Positions 6,966 to 14,962 of a stretch of DNA of 24,000 bases are shown one piece after another. Position numbers and translations under genes: made by a program. The DNA lies in assembly GCF_026153455.1 (NCBI RefSeq), contig NZ_CP110629.1, forward strand, positions 4,042,217 to 4,066,216. Reading direction: 5' to 3'. Position 1 is the stretch's first letter; every line of letters begins with the position of its first letter. The notes below the pieces were generated by a model. It made no database searches and had not been told where the DNA came from. It saw nothing but the letters and a program-made list of their open reading frames with translations. Origin of the DNA: Marinimicrobium sp. C6131 (GTDB lineage Bacteria; Pseudomonadota; Gammaproteobacteria; Pseudomonadales; Cellvibrionaceae).

Positions 6966-7181
6966 ATGAGATTTTTACGCCTCAAAGAAGTCATAGAGCT
7001 GACCGGCCTGAGCCGGTCCACCATCTACAAATACATCGAAGACGGGCTATTTCCCCGCTCCGTCTCCCTCGGCGGGCGGGCTGTTGCCTGGGTTGAGCAA
7101 GAAGTTCACGATTGGATACTGGCTCGGATTGAGGAGCGGGACCAAGAGAAGCCGGCGTTCTCCGACCGCGCCGTCGCCTGA
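6966..7181 (+). CDS. alpA: AlpA-family transcriptional regulator / excisionase-like HTH protein
   Basis: MRFLRLKEVIELTGLSRSTIYKYIEDGLFPRSVSLGGRAVAWVEQEVHDWI is the canonical AlpA/phage regulatory protein motif (R.kEV....G.SrsTiYr....G.FP.pv.lG.r.v.W...EV..W). Confidence 0.93.
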   Translation: MRFLRLKEVIELTGLSRSTIYKYIEDGLFPRSVSLGGRAVAWVEQEVHDWILARIEERDQEKPAFSDRAVA

Positions 7182-7400
7182 TAAGGCGTGGTTTTCCTTC
7201 CGTATGCGAAACGGTAAGCGAGCGTCTGGCCAGGCGTCAGGGGGTGGGGCGCAGCCTCACCCTCTGGCACGGGCTGTGTTGCTCAAAAGCGCAGTGTGAC
7301 GGCAGTCACATTCCTGGATTTAGCGGATTATGGCCCGTTGCGTCTATGGCACGGTTCCGACACACTTCGGATCTCTGGAGATCACAAAAGGGACCTGCGT

Positions 7401-7979
7401 ATGTCATTACCTCACGAGCATGTCGTCAATCACGCCATCAGCCAGTTTGCCCGTCTGGAGCAGCCCAGCCTGCTGGACTGGAACCACCTGAAAACCCTTT
7501 CCCAGATACAGCGAGGATTGGCGGAATATGAGGCCAAGGGCCGGGGTATGACCTTCGAGCAGCTCATGAATGAGAGTCACGACTGTAAGCGCCTGGCTCG
7601 CCATATGACGGCGAGTGGGGACCCGAGGCCCAGCCAGAAGTGTGACTGCCATGCCATTATCGCTGGTAAGGACCCCAGATCGGTGCCTTTACGGGCGGTT
7701 ATGGCTTGGGTGAAGATGAGGATTGATTTCCCGTTGAACGGGGCTTGGCTTCCTCACAACACCGCTGCAAAGCCCCATATGCCCAAACACTTGAGTCAGG
7801 CGGTCCCCCATAGCAGAATTCACCGGAATGGCTATTACCGCTGGTTGGGCACCCTCATTGATCACGTCCGTATCAAGGACGACCGTTCATTGGCGGACGC
7901 GCTCCGAATGGTTCGCTTTAAGCTCCAGACCTCCAGCTTCCCGCCATACGTCATGCTGCCAGCGAGCCGGCTCAAATGA
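7401..7979 (+). CDS. AHH-clade HNH/EndoVII-like nuclease toxin domain protein (divergent, no delivery domain)
   Basis: In order: DCHAIIAG (CHAII at 7647-7661), NGAWLP (7737-7754) and PHSRIHRNGYYRW (7806-7844). This is the order and spacing of the AHH toxin family (aHHi.., NG..LP, H.g.H..Y). The start is ambiguous: ATG 7401 (AAAGGGA upstream) or the track's GTG 7296. The stop overlaps the next gene. Confidence 0.55.
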   Translation: MSLPHEHVVNHAISQFARLEQPSLLDWNHLKTLSQIQRGLAEYEAKGRGMTFEQLMNESHDCKRLARHMTASGDPRPSQKCDCHAIIAGKDPRSVPLRAVMAWVKMRIDFPLNGAWLPHNTAAKPHMPKHLSQAVPHSRIHRNGYYRWLGTLIDHVRIKDDRSLADALRMVRFKLQTSSFPPYVMLPASRLK

Positions 7980-8557
7980 TCTATCGAATTCTGCACGATG
8001 AGTCGTACCTAATGCATGTCATTCCGCCGGTGGAGTCTATGACCAAGCTGGGGGAGGAACACGGAACCTTTGCCTTTAACGCTGAACCCAAGGCGTATCA
8101 AGGCGTCTGGAAGCCGCTAGAGATTGAGTTCCGCCCCTGCGAGGGTTCGAGAGCGACCGAAGTGCCGGACGTATCGGAAAACTTCGGGCGGCTATTCCTG
8201 TCCGAGAGAGCATTCTTGGTCCTGGGCGATCTGTTGGAGCAGAGCGGGGAGTGCCTGCCAGTGACCTTCGGCGGGCGCAAAGGATATATTTTCAACCCCA
8301 CCTCCACGGCAGAGCAGTATGATGCGATTATTCAATCTGCGACTGCTTACGACGAGCACGGAAACTTGGTGCACTTTGGGTTTGTTGAGGCAAGGCTTGC
8401 CGGCGTCCCAATGTTTAAAACTGAGCTGGATCTCTACAAGGGGGTTTTTTGCGGTGAGCCGGTAAGGGATCTCTGCGTCAGCGAGGGGCTGACGGGAATA
8501 ACTTTCAGCCCGGACGCCTCTAATCCCCTGGGCAGGTCTTACGGCCAAATTCAGTAG
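7976..8557 (+). CDS. Imm11 (DUF1629)-like immunity protein
   Basis: ATGA start/stop overlap with the nuclease gene at 7976-7979. It is 193 aa, which is the typical family size. MIYRILHDE.. at the N-terminus, then PDVSENFGRLFLSERAFLVLGDLLEQSGECLPV, YIFNP, VPMFK and GLTGITFSP resemble the DUF1629/Imm11 pattern as I remember it. Confidence 0.5.
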   Translation: MIYRILHDESYLMHVIPPVESMTKLGEEHGTFAFNAEPKAYQGVWKPLEIEFRPCEGSRATEVPDVSENFGRLFLSERAFLVLGDLLEQSGECLPVTFGGRKGYIFNPTSTAEQYDAIIQSATAYDEHGNLVHFGFVEARLAGVPMFKTELDLYKGVFCGEPVRDLCVSEGLTGITFSPDASNPLGRSYGQIQ

Positions 8558-8901
8558 GGCGGTCCCGTCCAAGAGGAGGCCGGGTTTGATAGGCTTCTTC
8601 AAAACTCTTCGAAATAATCGACAGCGTAAAAACGCCGTGACTTGCCGAGCGCCCGTTCCTTAGGCTCTGTCTACGTCGGGACTTCATGGGTTCAATCATG
8701 TAGGGAATAGTAATATATACCCACGCCAGTGTGGATGAACCCATGCACGATAGTAAGCATGGGAAGCGGTAGCAGCGGAGTAATGGGCTGCCTCAAAGCA
8801 GCCCCCATATAACGTCGATAGCGAGCGAGAGCCTGACGTGGTGTAAAAGTTGATAGAGCCTCCTGACGGTATGTACATGAACCATACCTATTGGAGTAAC
8901 C
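8558..8901 (+). other. Hairpin-dense non-coding spacer (candidate cis-regulatory RNA / replication origin) upstream of the Gp2-family gene
   Basis: There is no credible ORF here. Inverted repeats:
- 8685-8694 catgggttca / 8736-8745 tgaacccatg (10 bp), enclosing ccac-gccagt-gtgg (8721-8734)
- 8785-8791 gggctgc / 8798-8804 gcagccc
- 8868-8873 ggtatg / 8883-8888 catacc, flanked by ctcc (8860-8863) that can pair with the GGAG Shine-Dalgarno (8893-8896). Confidence 0.45.
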
Positions 8902-9600
8902 ATGAAACCAACTACATTTGAACACCACGACCAACCTAAAGCCAAGCTGGGCCACTTAACGCTCCACGAAGATCATCACTACCGAAACCTCCCGGTTCAA
9001 GTAACCAGAGGACCGCTTATTGAGGAGTATCTGGAGCGACTGTACGAGGTGGTGCAGGAATCCCTGATGGACAACAGCCGTGTATTTGCAGTCCGGGTAG
9101 ATCTTAGGTTCCCGGTGAGCTACTGGCCTCTCGAAGGAGAAGCGCTTGGCAATGAATACATCAGGCGGTTTTGGGAGGTGTTGAAGTACAGGCTGTCTCG
9201 GTATCAACTCAGAGAGGGCCGTATTCACCCAGCGAAGCTCCACTATGCTTGGGCACGTGAATACAAGGCAGGTGAGACGAAACCACATTTCCATCTGCTG
9301 ATTCTGTTGAACGGCCATGCCTTCAACACGCTGGGTAATTTCAATTACTCTGGAGAGAATCTGCACAACGTGATAGCTGAGTCCTGGGCGAATGTGTTGA
9401 TGTTGCCGGAATTCGAGGGGAAGGGGCTGGCGAACTTTCCCGTAGATGGGCAGTACCTTGTTCGGCGGGGCGTTGAGTGGGAGCTTCAGAAGCTCTTCTT
9501 GCGGGGCAGCTATCTCACGAAAGCCGCCACCAAGTCCTTTGACGATGGCTGCCACTCATTTCGGACAAGTCAGACTTCAGTCGGCGGATGGATGTGGTGA
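8902..9600 (+). CDS. Inovirus Gp2 / YagK-YfjJ family protein (putative HUH-type replication initiator)
   Basis: ATG at 8902 with GGAG upstream. VFAVRVDLRFPVSY and KPHFHLLILLNGHAF are the family signatures I recall for YfjJ/YagK. HFH (9286-9294) is an HUH-like motif. Confidence 0.8.
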   Translation: MKPTTFEHHDQPKAKLGHLTLHEDHHYRNLPVQVTRGPLIEEYLERLYEVVQESLMDNSRVFAVRVDLRFPVSYWPLEGEALGNEYIRRFWEVLKYRLSRYQLREGRIHPAKLHYAWAREYKAGETKPHFHLLILLNGHAFNTLGNFNYSGENLHNVIAESWANVLMLPEFEGKGLANFPVDGQYLVRRGVEWELQKLFLRGSYLTKAATKSFDDGCHSFRTSQTSVGGWMW

Positions 9601-9606
9601 TTGAGT

Positions 9607-9631
9607 TATGGGCGCCGACAAGGCGCCCATA
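9607..9631 (+). other. Perfect 10-bp palindromic hairpin just after the Gp2-family stop
   Basis: tatgggcgcc (9607-9616), gacaa loop, ggcgcccata (9622-9631). No U tract follows, so it could be a terminator or a protein-binding/nick-site hairpin. Confidence 0.4.
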
Positions 9632-9701
9632 TGCCGGGATAGGTAGTAATTCTTGATGGGCTCGCCTGTTGATATGTAGCCATATTCACAGGAGCCCAAT
9701 C

Positions 9702-10223
9702 ATGAACACTGATTATCAACTGGTTGCCACCGGAACACTTACTCCACTTAGTCGCGATGTTCTGGATGGCGCGAGCCAAAGCGAACTGTCTTCCAGCCAG
9801 TCAAAGCGTGCGGACTGGGTCAAGAGGATTCAGTCATCAATGGTGGAGGTGGCGGTCACCACTGCGTTTCCAAGTTACCAAAGCCTGGGGGAAGGAGCCT
9901 GGCAACATCAAGTGGTCGAGCGCATCTATCAGGCCGCTATCGCACGAACCAATAGCCGGTTAAAGCACGTAGCCCCCAGGCAGTACCTGCACCCTGACAA
10001 ATCAGTGCGGGTCTGTCTTGTGTGGGATCGGCTACACGATAACGAGTATGGAAGGCCGGTTTATCGTCAACGTTGGTACATATCCAAGCGTGATGTTGCC
10101 CTGCTGGGTTATCCCGGCCGCCTGGGAGAGGAGTGCTTTTCGGATATCGTTCTGGCGACGTGGCACGCGGGAACGGATGATGCGGAAGCATGGCGCACCC
10201 ATGAAGTGGCGTGCGCCTGCTAG
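9702..10223 (+). CDS. Hypothetical island protein (173 aa) with two decayed paralogous copies downstream
   Basis: ATG at 9702 with AGGAG 8 nt upstream; the track's TTG at 9669 is less likely. I recognised no family. The C-terminal RWY..K.D.ALLGYPGRLGEECFSDIVLATWHAGT..AEAW block is repeated at 17300-17734 and partly at 17085-17171. Confidence 0.7.
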   Translation: MNTDYQLVATGTLTPLSRDVLDGASQSELSSSQSKRADWVKRIQSSMVEVAVTTAFPSYQSLGEGAWQHQVVERIYQAAIARTNSRLKHVAPRQYLHPDKSVRVCLVWDRLHDNEYGRPVYRQRWYISKRDVALLGYPGRLGEECFSDIVLATWHAGTDDAEAWRTHEVACAC

Positions 10224-10332
10224 ATACAGTTCTGTTCCCGGTCAAAAGGGGGGCGTAGCACGGACGCATTGGTCAGCATTTAGTAGCCGTGCGACATACC
10301 GAAATCCTCAAACAATCTTGGTACTAGACGTC

Positions 10333-11172
10333 TCAGCGAACTAGCGCAATACCGACTCTTACTACAAAGTCCGTCTTTTGGCTGTAGTCGACCAGGGTGT
10401 TACCGTAACCGTGAAAAGCTTGCACGTAAAAAAAGCCGCCCGCCCGATTGAAAATCCTGGCACTCATGGGGAAAGAAACCCCAAGCTCAACGCTACCATA
10501 ACCCTCTGTGCCCATTCTAAGCGTCGAGTCCACTAGCCAACTTTCCTCCCGGCCCAGACGGATGATGAGGTCACCGTAACCACGGTAGTCTCTTATATCC
10601 GGGTTTTCATCCTTGTCCAGGTAATAGCGGAGTCGCGGGATAATGGTGAGGTTGCGATCACCGATTGGTTTCTGCCAGATTGGCTGGATGAATAGCGTGT
10701 CGATACTGCGGGAGTCCAAGCCATCTTGCCCATTCGATTCGTGCTCATAGCCAATGCGCATGACATCGGGCGAAAAAAGCCCTCCTGGGCCGTCAACCTG
10801 CCAGAAAAAGCTTGGCCTGTAGCTCGTATCGTCAAAGGGGGCAGACTCCTCACTCAGGTTCCAAACCGAGGTTTGGGTGTAGGCAAAGTGCATGTTTCGA
10901 AGCACTGGCGCGGCCTCTACCAACGAACCCTCCGAATCAAAGATACGGTACATAAAGCTGAATTGAAAGCGCGCGGTATCCTGCTCGTCGTCGCTCCCCA
11001 CAACAAAGTACATCGGCTCGTTGGGCGCAAACACATCCTGAATTTCCATGGCCTCTTCTTCTGCTTCTTGGGGCGTATCTGCGCTAACCATTGGGGCGAA
11101 GCCTGCTGTCGCTAGGGCAGCGTACGACAGCCAACCGCGGATCTGCCGTGTAATGGCCTGATAGTCTGGCAT
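10333..11172 (-). CDS. pldA: Outer-membrane phospholipase A (OMPLA family)
   Basis: Signal peptide (..WLSYAALATAGFAPMVSA/DTP). It carries the catalytic-site signature GYEHESNGQDGLDSRS (compare E. coli YNHDSNGRSDPTSRS, with His/Ser and a later Asn). The F.FSFMYRI-type beta-barrel strands are present. Confidence 0.88.
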   Translation of the reverse strand: MPDYQAITRQIRGWLSYAALATAGFAPMVSADTPQEAEEEAMEIQDVFAPNEPMYFVVGSDDEQDTARFQFSFMYRIFDSEGSLVEAAPVLRNMHFAYTQTSVWNLSEESAPFDDTSYRPSFFWQVDGPGGLFSPDVMRIGYEHESNGQDGLDSRSIDTLFIQPIWQKPIGDRNLTIIPRLRYYLDKDENPDIRDYRGYGDLIIRLGREESWLVDSTLRMGTEGYGSVELGVSFPMSARIFNRAGGFFYVQAFHGYGNTLVDYSQKTDFVVRVGIALVR

Positions 11173-11326
11173 CTCAAATAACCTCTTTTTGCTTCGGTAA
11201 GTTCATTATCTTGAACGAAGTCGCGTCGCTTCGGTTTCAGCCTGTGCCCATTTACCCAACGCAGCTTCAATGGAGGAGAAAATGGTCGCTCTCTTAGTTT
11301 GAATATTTCAACAATACCAACCACCT

Positions 11327-14047
11327 CTATTCCTTTTTCGGTCCGCCATGGGGCATAGGAGCGGTACGGATGTGAATATCTCGCTGAGGAAAAGGGATTT
11401 CAACACCGGCTTCGCTGAGGGCGCGGGTGATGGCGGAGTGCAGCTCATGAGACAGAGGCATGAAGTCCAGAAGACTCCTCACGAATACCCGCACCTCGAA
11501 GTTGACGCCACTGTCTCCCAGACCCACGCAGAAGACCGCCGGGGCCGGGTTGCCCAACACCCGCTCGTTGTTTTCCGCCACTTTGTGCAGCAGGTCACGA
11601 ACCTTGTCCACATCGGAGCCGTAGGCGACATCCACCCGAATAATCACCCGGGTGATGGGGTCGGAAAGGGTCCAGTTGGTGAGATCCTGCGTCACAAAGG
11701 TCTTATTAGGAATAATCTGCTCTTTGCGGTCCCAGTCCACCAAGGTGGTCGCTCGGATGCGGATGCGAGACACGGTGCCCGTGGTCCCACCGATGGTCAC
11801 CGTATCGCCGACGCGGATCGGGCGTTCAAACAGCAGGATGAGACCGGAGACAAAGTTGGCGACGATTTCCTGCAACCCGAAACCCAGACCTACACTCAGG
11901 GCAGCTACCAACCACTGCAATTTGGACCATTGCACGCCGATTGCCACCAACGCCACTACCACGCCGATGAACACAATGATGTAGGTGGTCAGGGTGGTAA
12001 TGGCGTACCCGGCCCCGGGCTCCAAATTGATGCGGCTCAATACCATCACCTCCAGCGTCCCCGGCAGGTTGCGGGCGGCCAGGACGGTGCCGACCCCAGC
12101 CAGCAGCGCCAGCATCAGGTCACCCAGAGTAATGGGCACTAAGGCCTCAGCTTCAGCCCCCGTGCTGATAGTCCACAGGGTAATGTCATCAAAAATCTGC
12201 AGCGCGGGTATCACGTCGGCCCAGAAACCCCAGAGTACGTAAGCCGCGAGGGTAATGGCCAATATGCGCACCAGCGCCTTGCTTTGCTGGCTGATGTCTT
12301 CCAGATCCATTTCGGGCATGTCGAGGGCAACGGGTACGCCCTCTCCGGAATTTTCTGCAGCCTCGCGGGCTTCGGCCAGTTTACACTCGGCGACGCGCTG
12401 TTCCCGCAGCCGCTTGAGGGTCATGCGTCGCTCCCGTACCGACAGACCACGCAGAGCCAAGTAATACAGCAGCGTCGCGAAGGCCAGCCAGCAGATGCTG
12501 ATGAACATCAACCCTTCCAATTGAACCGCCGTATAGTGGTAGCCCCAGAGGGATGCGAGGGCGAGCAGCAGGGGCGTGGCGATCGCCAGCACCTGTTGGC
12601 CTTTCAGGAAGTTGCGCTCGGGCGCAACCTGCCGCGCGGCGGTCGTCACGCGCCAGCCAAACCAGGCCAGTGCCACTGAGGCTGCGGTAAACAGCAACCG
12701 ACCGAGGCTGTCACTGAAGGCGTCGCCCTCCGGCGTGTCCATGGTCGACAGGACAATCACGACCGGAATCATTACCACCAGCAGTACTGGGACCTGCCCT
12801 CGGATGGCCGACAGCGTTGGGCCATTCCAGTTGAAATGCCGCTCACCGAGCCCGCCTGGACGGGCCACCGAATGTAGGGCCCCCAGGAGCAGGGTAACGA
12901 AGGCGGCCGTGGTAAAGCCGGATGATAATGCGGAGAAGAAACTGTTGCCCTCCTTGAGCATCAGTGCACCGACGGAGAGTACCAGGACACCGGGCAATGC
13001 CAGCAGCAGACTCAGGGCCCCTGCGGTGAGGGTGACGGTGAAGCGATCACGGCCCACGTTGCCGACATCTTCTCCAGAATCCACCAGCACCTTTCGCAGA
13101 ATGCGACGCCGGCGTACCAAGAACGCCAGAGCAGCTAGTATTACCAGTACACGACCGCCCCTTTCGGCGAAAGAGCTGCGCAGGGCATCAGTGAGGTCGC
13201 TCAAATGAAAGCCCGACAGAAACCAACTGATCCCTTGGTACGAGTCTTTGACGGTGTTCAGGCTCACACGCTCGGTGCTGGGAAGCCAGAACAGCCGTTG
13301 CTGCAGTAGTTGCTGGTAGGCGTCAAGACGCTCCTGCAGCTCGGCCACAGTGTTGTAGTATTCATTGAGGACGTCGATATGTTTAGTTACGGCACCGTGG
13401 AGCTGGGTGATCAGCTCCTGGCGTACCTCTCGGGTGCGCTCGAGAGCAGGGACGTCGGGTTCGCTGATAGCTTCGTACTCTTCTAAGCGAAGCTGTTCTT
13501 CACGGGCGGTCGATAACTGGGCGCTGATACCATCGGTCAGCACACTGGCGATGGTATGGCTTTTGAGCCGGTCCAAGCGTTGGCGCAGCAGACGGGCATA
13601 GTCAACGGTGAGGTTCAGCCCGGCCGTCTCAAGTCGCAACTCAAAACTGCGGTACTCATTCTCCAGTCGTTCCAGCAGAGTCTGGGCCTGATCGAGCCGA
13701 CGATGGCTGCCTTCCAATGCAGACTGCCGGTTATCCAGCGAGTTGCGCAGAATCTGAATCTGCTGGTGGATATCTGCGGACTGTGGTGCCGACAGTTCGC
13801 TCTCCAACAGCTGCTCAGACTCATCCTCCAATATTGGCTGGAACGGATTGGCAGACGGCCCAGGCAACGGTTCCCCGGCTTCCTGTTGATCGCCGGACTC
13901 CTCGCCGGCATCTTCCTCCGCCTGTTCGTTGCTGGAGCCAGGCAACAGATCGGTCACCGTAGCCACGGCGGGCGCCACCAGCAGGCAGTACAGGATCAGC
14001 CCTGCGAAAAGTGACCAGTAAGTGGAGGGTGACGTTCGTGCAGTCAT
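11327..14047 (-). CDS. Large mechanosensitive channel of the MscS family (MscK/KefA/MscM-like)
   Basis: 906 aa. It has a signal/anchor segment, a long periplasmic coiled-coil-like region, then multiple TM helices. The C-terminal MscS core is GLGFGLQEIVANFVSGLILLFERPIRVGDTVTIGGTTGTVSRIRIRATTLVDWDRKEQIIPNKTF. Confidence 0.9.
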   Translation of the reverse strand: MTARTSPSTYWSLFAGLILYCLLVAPAVATVTDLLPGSSNEQAEEDAGEESGDQQEAGEPLPGPSANPFQPILEDESEQLLESELSAPQSADIHQQIQILRNSLDNRQSALEGSHRRLDQAQTLLERLENEYRSFELRLETAGLNLTVDYARLLRQRLDRLKSHTIASVLTDGISAQLSTAREEQLRLEEYEAISEPDVPALERTREVRQELITQLHGAVTKHIDVLNEYYNTVAELQERLDAYQQLLQQRLFWLPSTERVSLNTVKDSYQGISWFLSGFHLSDLTDALRSSFAERGGRVLVILAALAFLVRRRRILRKVLVDSGEDVGNVGRDRFTVTLTAGALSLLLALPGVLVLSVGALMLKEGNSFFSALSSGFTTAAFVTLLLGALHSVARPGGLGERHFNWNGPTLSAIRGQVPVLLVVMIPVVIVLSTMDTPEGDAFSDSLGRLLFTAASVALAWFGWRVTTAARQVAPERNFLKGQQVLAIATPLLLALASLWGYHYTAVQLEGLMFISICWLAFATLLYYLALRGLSVRERRMTLKRLREQRVAECKLAEAREAAENSGEGVPVALDMPEMDLEDISQQSKALVRILAITLAAYVLWGFWADVIPALQIFDDITLWTISTGAEAEALVPITLGDLMLALLAGVGTVLAARNLPGTLEVMVLSRINLEPGAGYAITTLTTYIIVFIGVVVALVAIGVQWSKLQWLVAALSVGLGFGLQEIVANFVSGLILLFERPIRVGDTVTIGGTTGTVSRIRIRATTLVDWDRKEQIIPNKTFVTQDLTNWTLSDPITRVIIRVDVAYGSDVDKVRDLLHKVAENNERVLGNPAPAVFCVGLGDSGVNFEVRVFVRSLLDFMPLSHELHSAITRALSEAGVEIPFPQRDIHIRTAPMPHGGPKKE

Positions 14048-14113
14048 AAATCGCGATACATGTTTAACCGCAAATTGCGGTAAGGTAGCGAAAAAGGGGC
14101 AGGCAAGGACGAC

Positions 14114-14767
14114 TTAAGAATCCTCAACGCCGCCCCAGGTTGAATTCGTCATGGCATCCTGCCAGTCGGTGCGGCAGAAGATGATCGCCCCTTGAGTAAT
14201 AAGCCCGTAGGCGAACAGTTCCAGGCCCTCCTGCAATCCCGACTTGAAGGCGTGGTTATAGCTGTCTCCCAGTGCACTTTTCCACAACAGGTTGCCACTT
14301 CCAAACAGGCGGCTGAAGATGAACAGGGTGACAAAGCCAATCAAGACAAAGACATAGGATCGGGTGCCGAGAAATCGAGCAGCTGGCCCGAATACCGAAT
14401 TCCGATTGAGCAATGCGAGCACGACGGAAATCAGTACCACGGCAGAGACAGGCCATACCCAGGTCCCATGCCCAAAAACTGCATCGAACAGAAAATCCAT
14501 TTCCCGCAATAACAGGCACAGGAAAAATCCGGTTATCAAAATCAGTGCCCCCCGTGCATATGGCACGCTCACAGCTCTATAGCCAAAGAGCAGTACACAG
14601 AGTAATAGCAAAGCTTCTTGCACTGTCTCGGTCAACGATGCTTCGCCCACGCCGTTGTCCAACACTACGAGATCGATAGAAACTACTACGGGAGCCAGAA
14701 TGGCGATTGCAACCAGCAGCATGATTTCTTTCCAGGTGTGACGTAATTGTCCGATAAATTCCTGCAT
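14114..14767 (-). CDS. Polytopic inner-membrane protein, function unknown
   Basis: 217-aa ORF with an ATG start and about six hydrophobic segments (MLLVAIAILAPVVVSI, LLLLCVLLFGY, ALILITGFFLCLLL, VWPVSAVVLISVVLALL, YVFVLIGFVTLFIF, LELFAYGLITQGAIIF). I recognised no family. Confidence 0.65.
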   Translation of the reverse strand: MQEFIGQLRHTWKEIMLLVAIAILAPVVVSIDLVVLDNGVGEASLTETVQEALLLLCVLLFGYRAVSVPYARGALILITGFFLCLLLREMDFLFDAVFGHGTWVWPVSAVVLISVVLALLNRNSVFGPAARFLGTRSYVFVLIGFVTLFIFSRLFGSGNLLWKSALGDSYNHAFKSGLQEGLELFAYGLITQGAIIFCRTDWQDAMTNSTWGGVEDS

Positions 14768-14962
14768 GACTACCTCTCCTAATTTACTGAAAATGTAACG
14801 TAATATCAGAATGGTAACGCATGCGGTGAATAATCTCGGTAAAGAAATGTAGTAAGTAATAGGGGGTGTTCTTCAAGTTATTTGGCTGGACCTGTATCGT
14901 TAGAGTGTCGGTGGTGTCGTTTCTTTAAAGTTGGCTAGGGTCGGGTAAGGTTGACTAATAAA

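Noticed and set aside
7084-7531. ORFs 7084..7299 and 7244..7531 in the alpA-to-nuclease spacer
   Set aside because: They overlap alpA or the nuclease gene out of frame. Their translations are Arg/Gly/Ser-rich with no start signals.
8098-8955. Minus-strand ORFs 8098..8307, 8192..8602, 8520..8744, 8692..8955 and 8696..8878
   Set aside because: They are antisense to the immunity gene or lie in the hairpin-dense spacer. They have no RBS and odd composition, and the spacer is better explained as structured non-coding DNA or RNA.
8956-9555. 199-aa minus-strand ORF antisense to the Gp2-family gene
   Set aside because: The plus-strand frame carries the family motifs (VRVDLRFP and PHFHLLILLNG) and a good RBS. 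The antisense frame has none.
11112-11324. 70-aa minus-strand ORF between the channel gene and pldA
   Set aside because: It overlaps the pldA start region out of frame and has no RBS or recognisable features. The region is more likely the pldA promoter and 5' UTR.
11348-14014. Plus-strand ORFs (11348..12142 at 264 aa, 12576..13208 at 210 aa, 13556..14014 and others) antisense to the MscS-family channel
   Set aside because: They are antisense open frames of a GC-rich gene. The 906-aa minus-strand product has an unmistakable MscS core and TM architecture.
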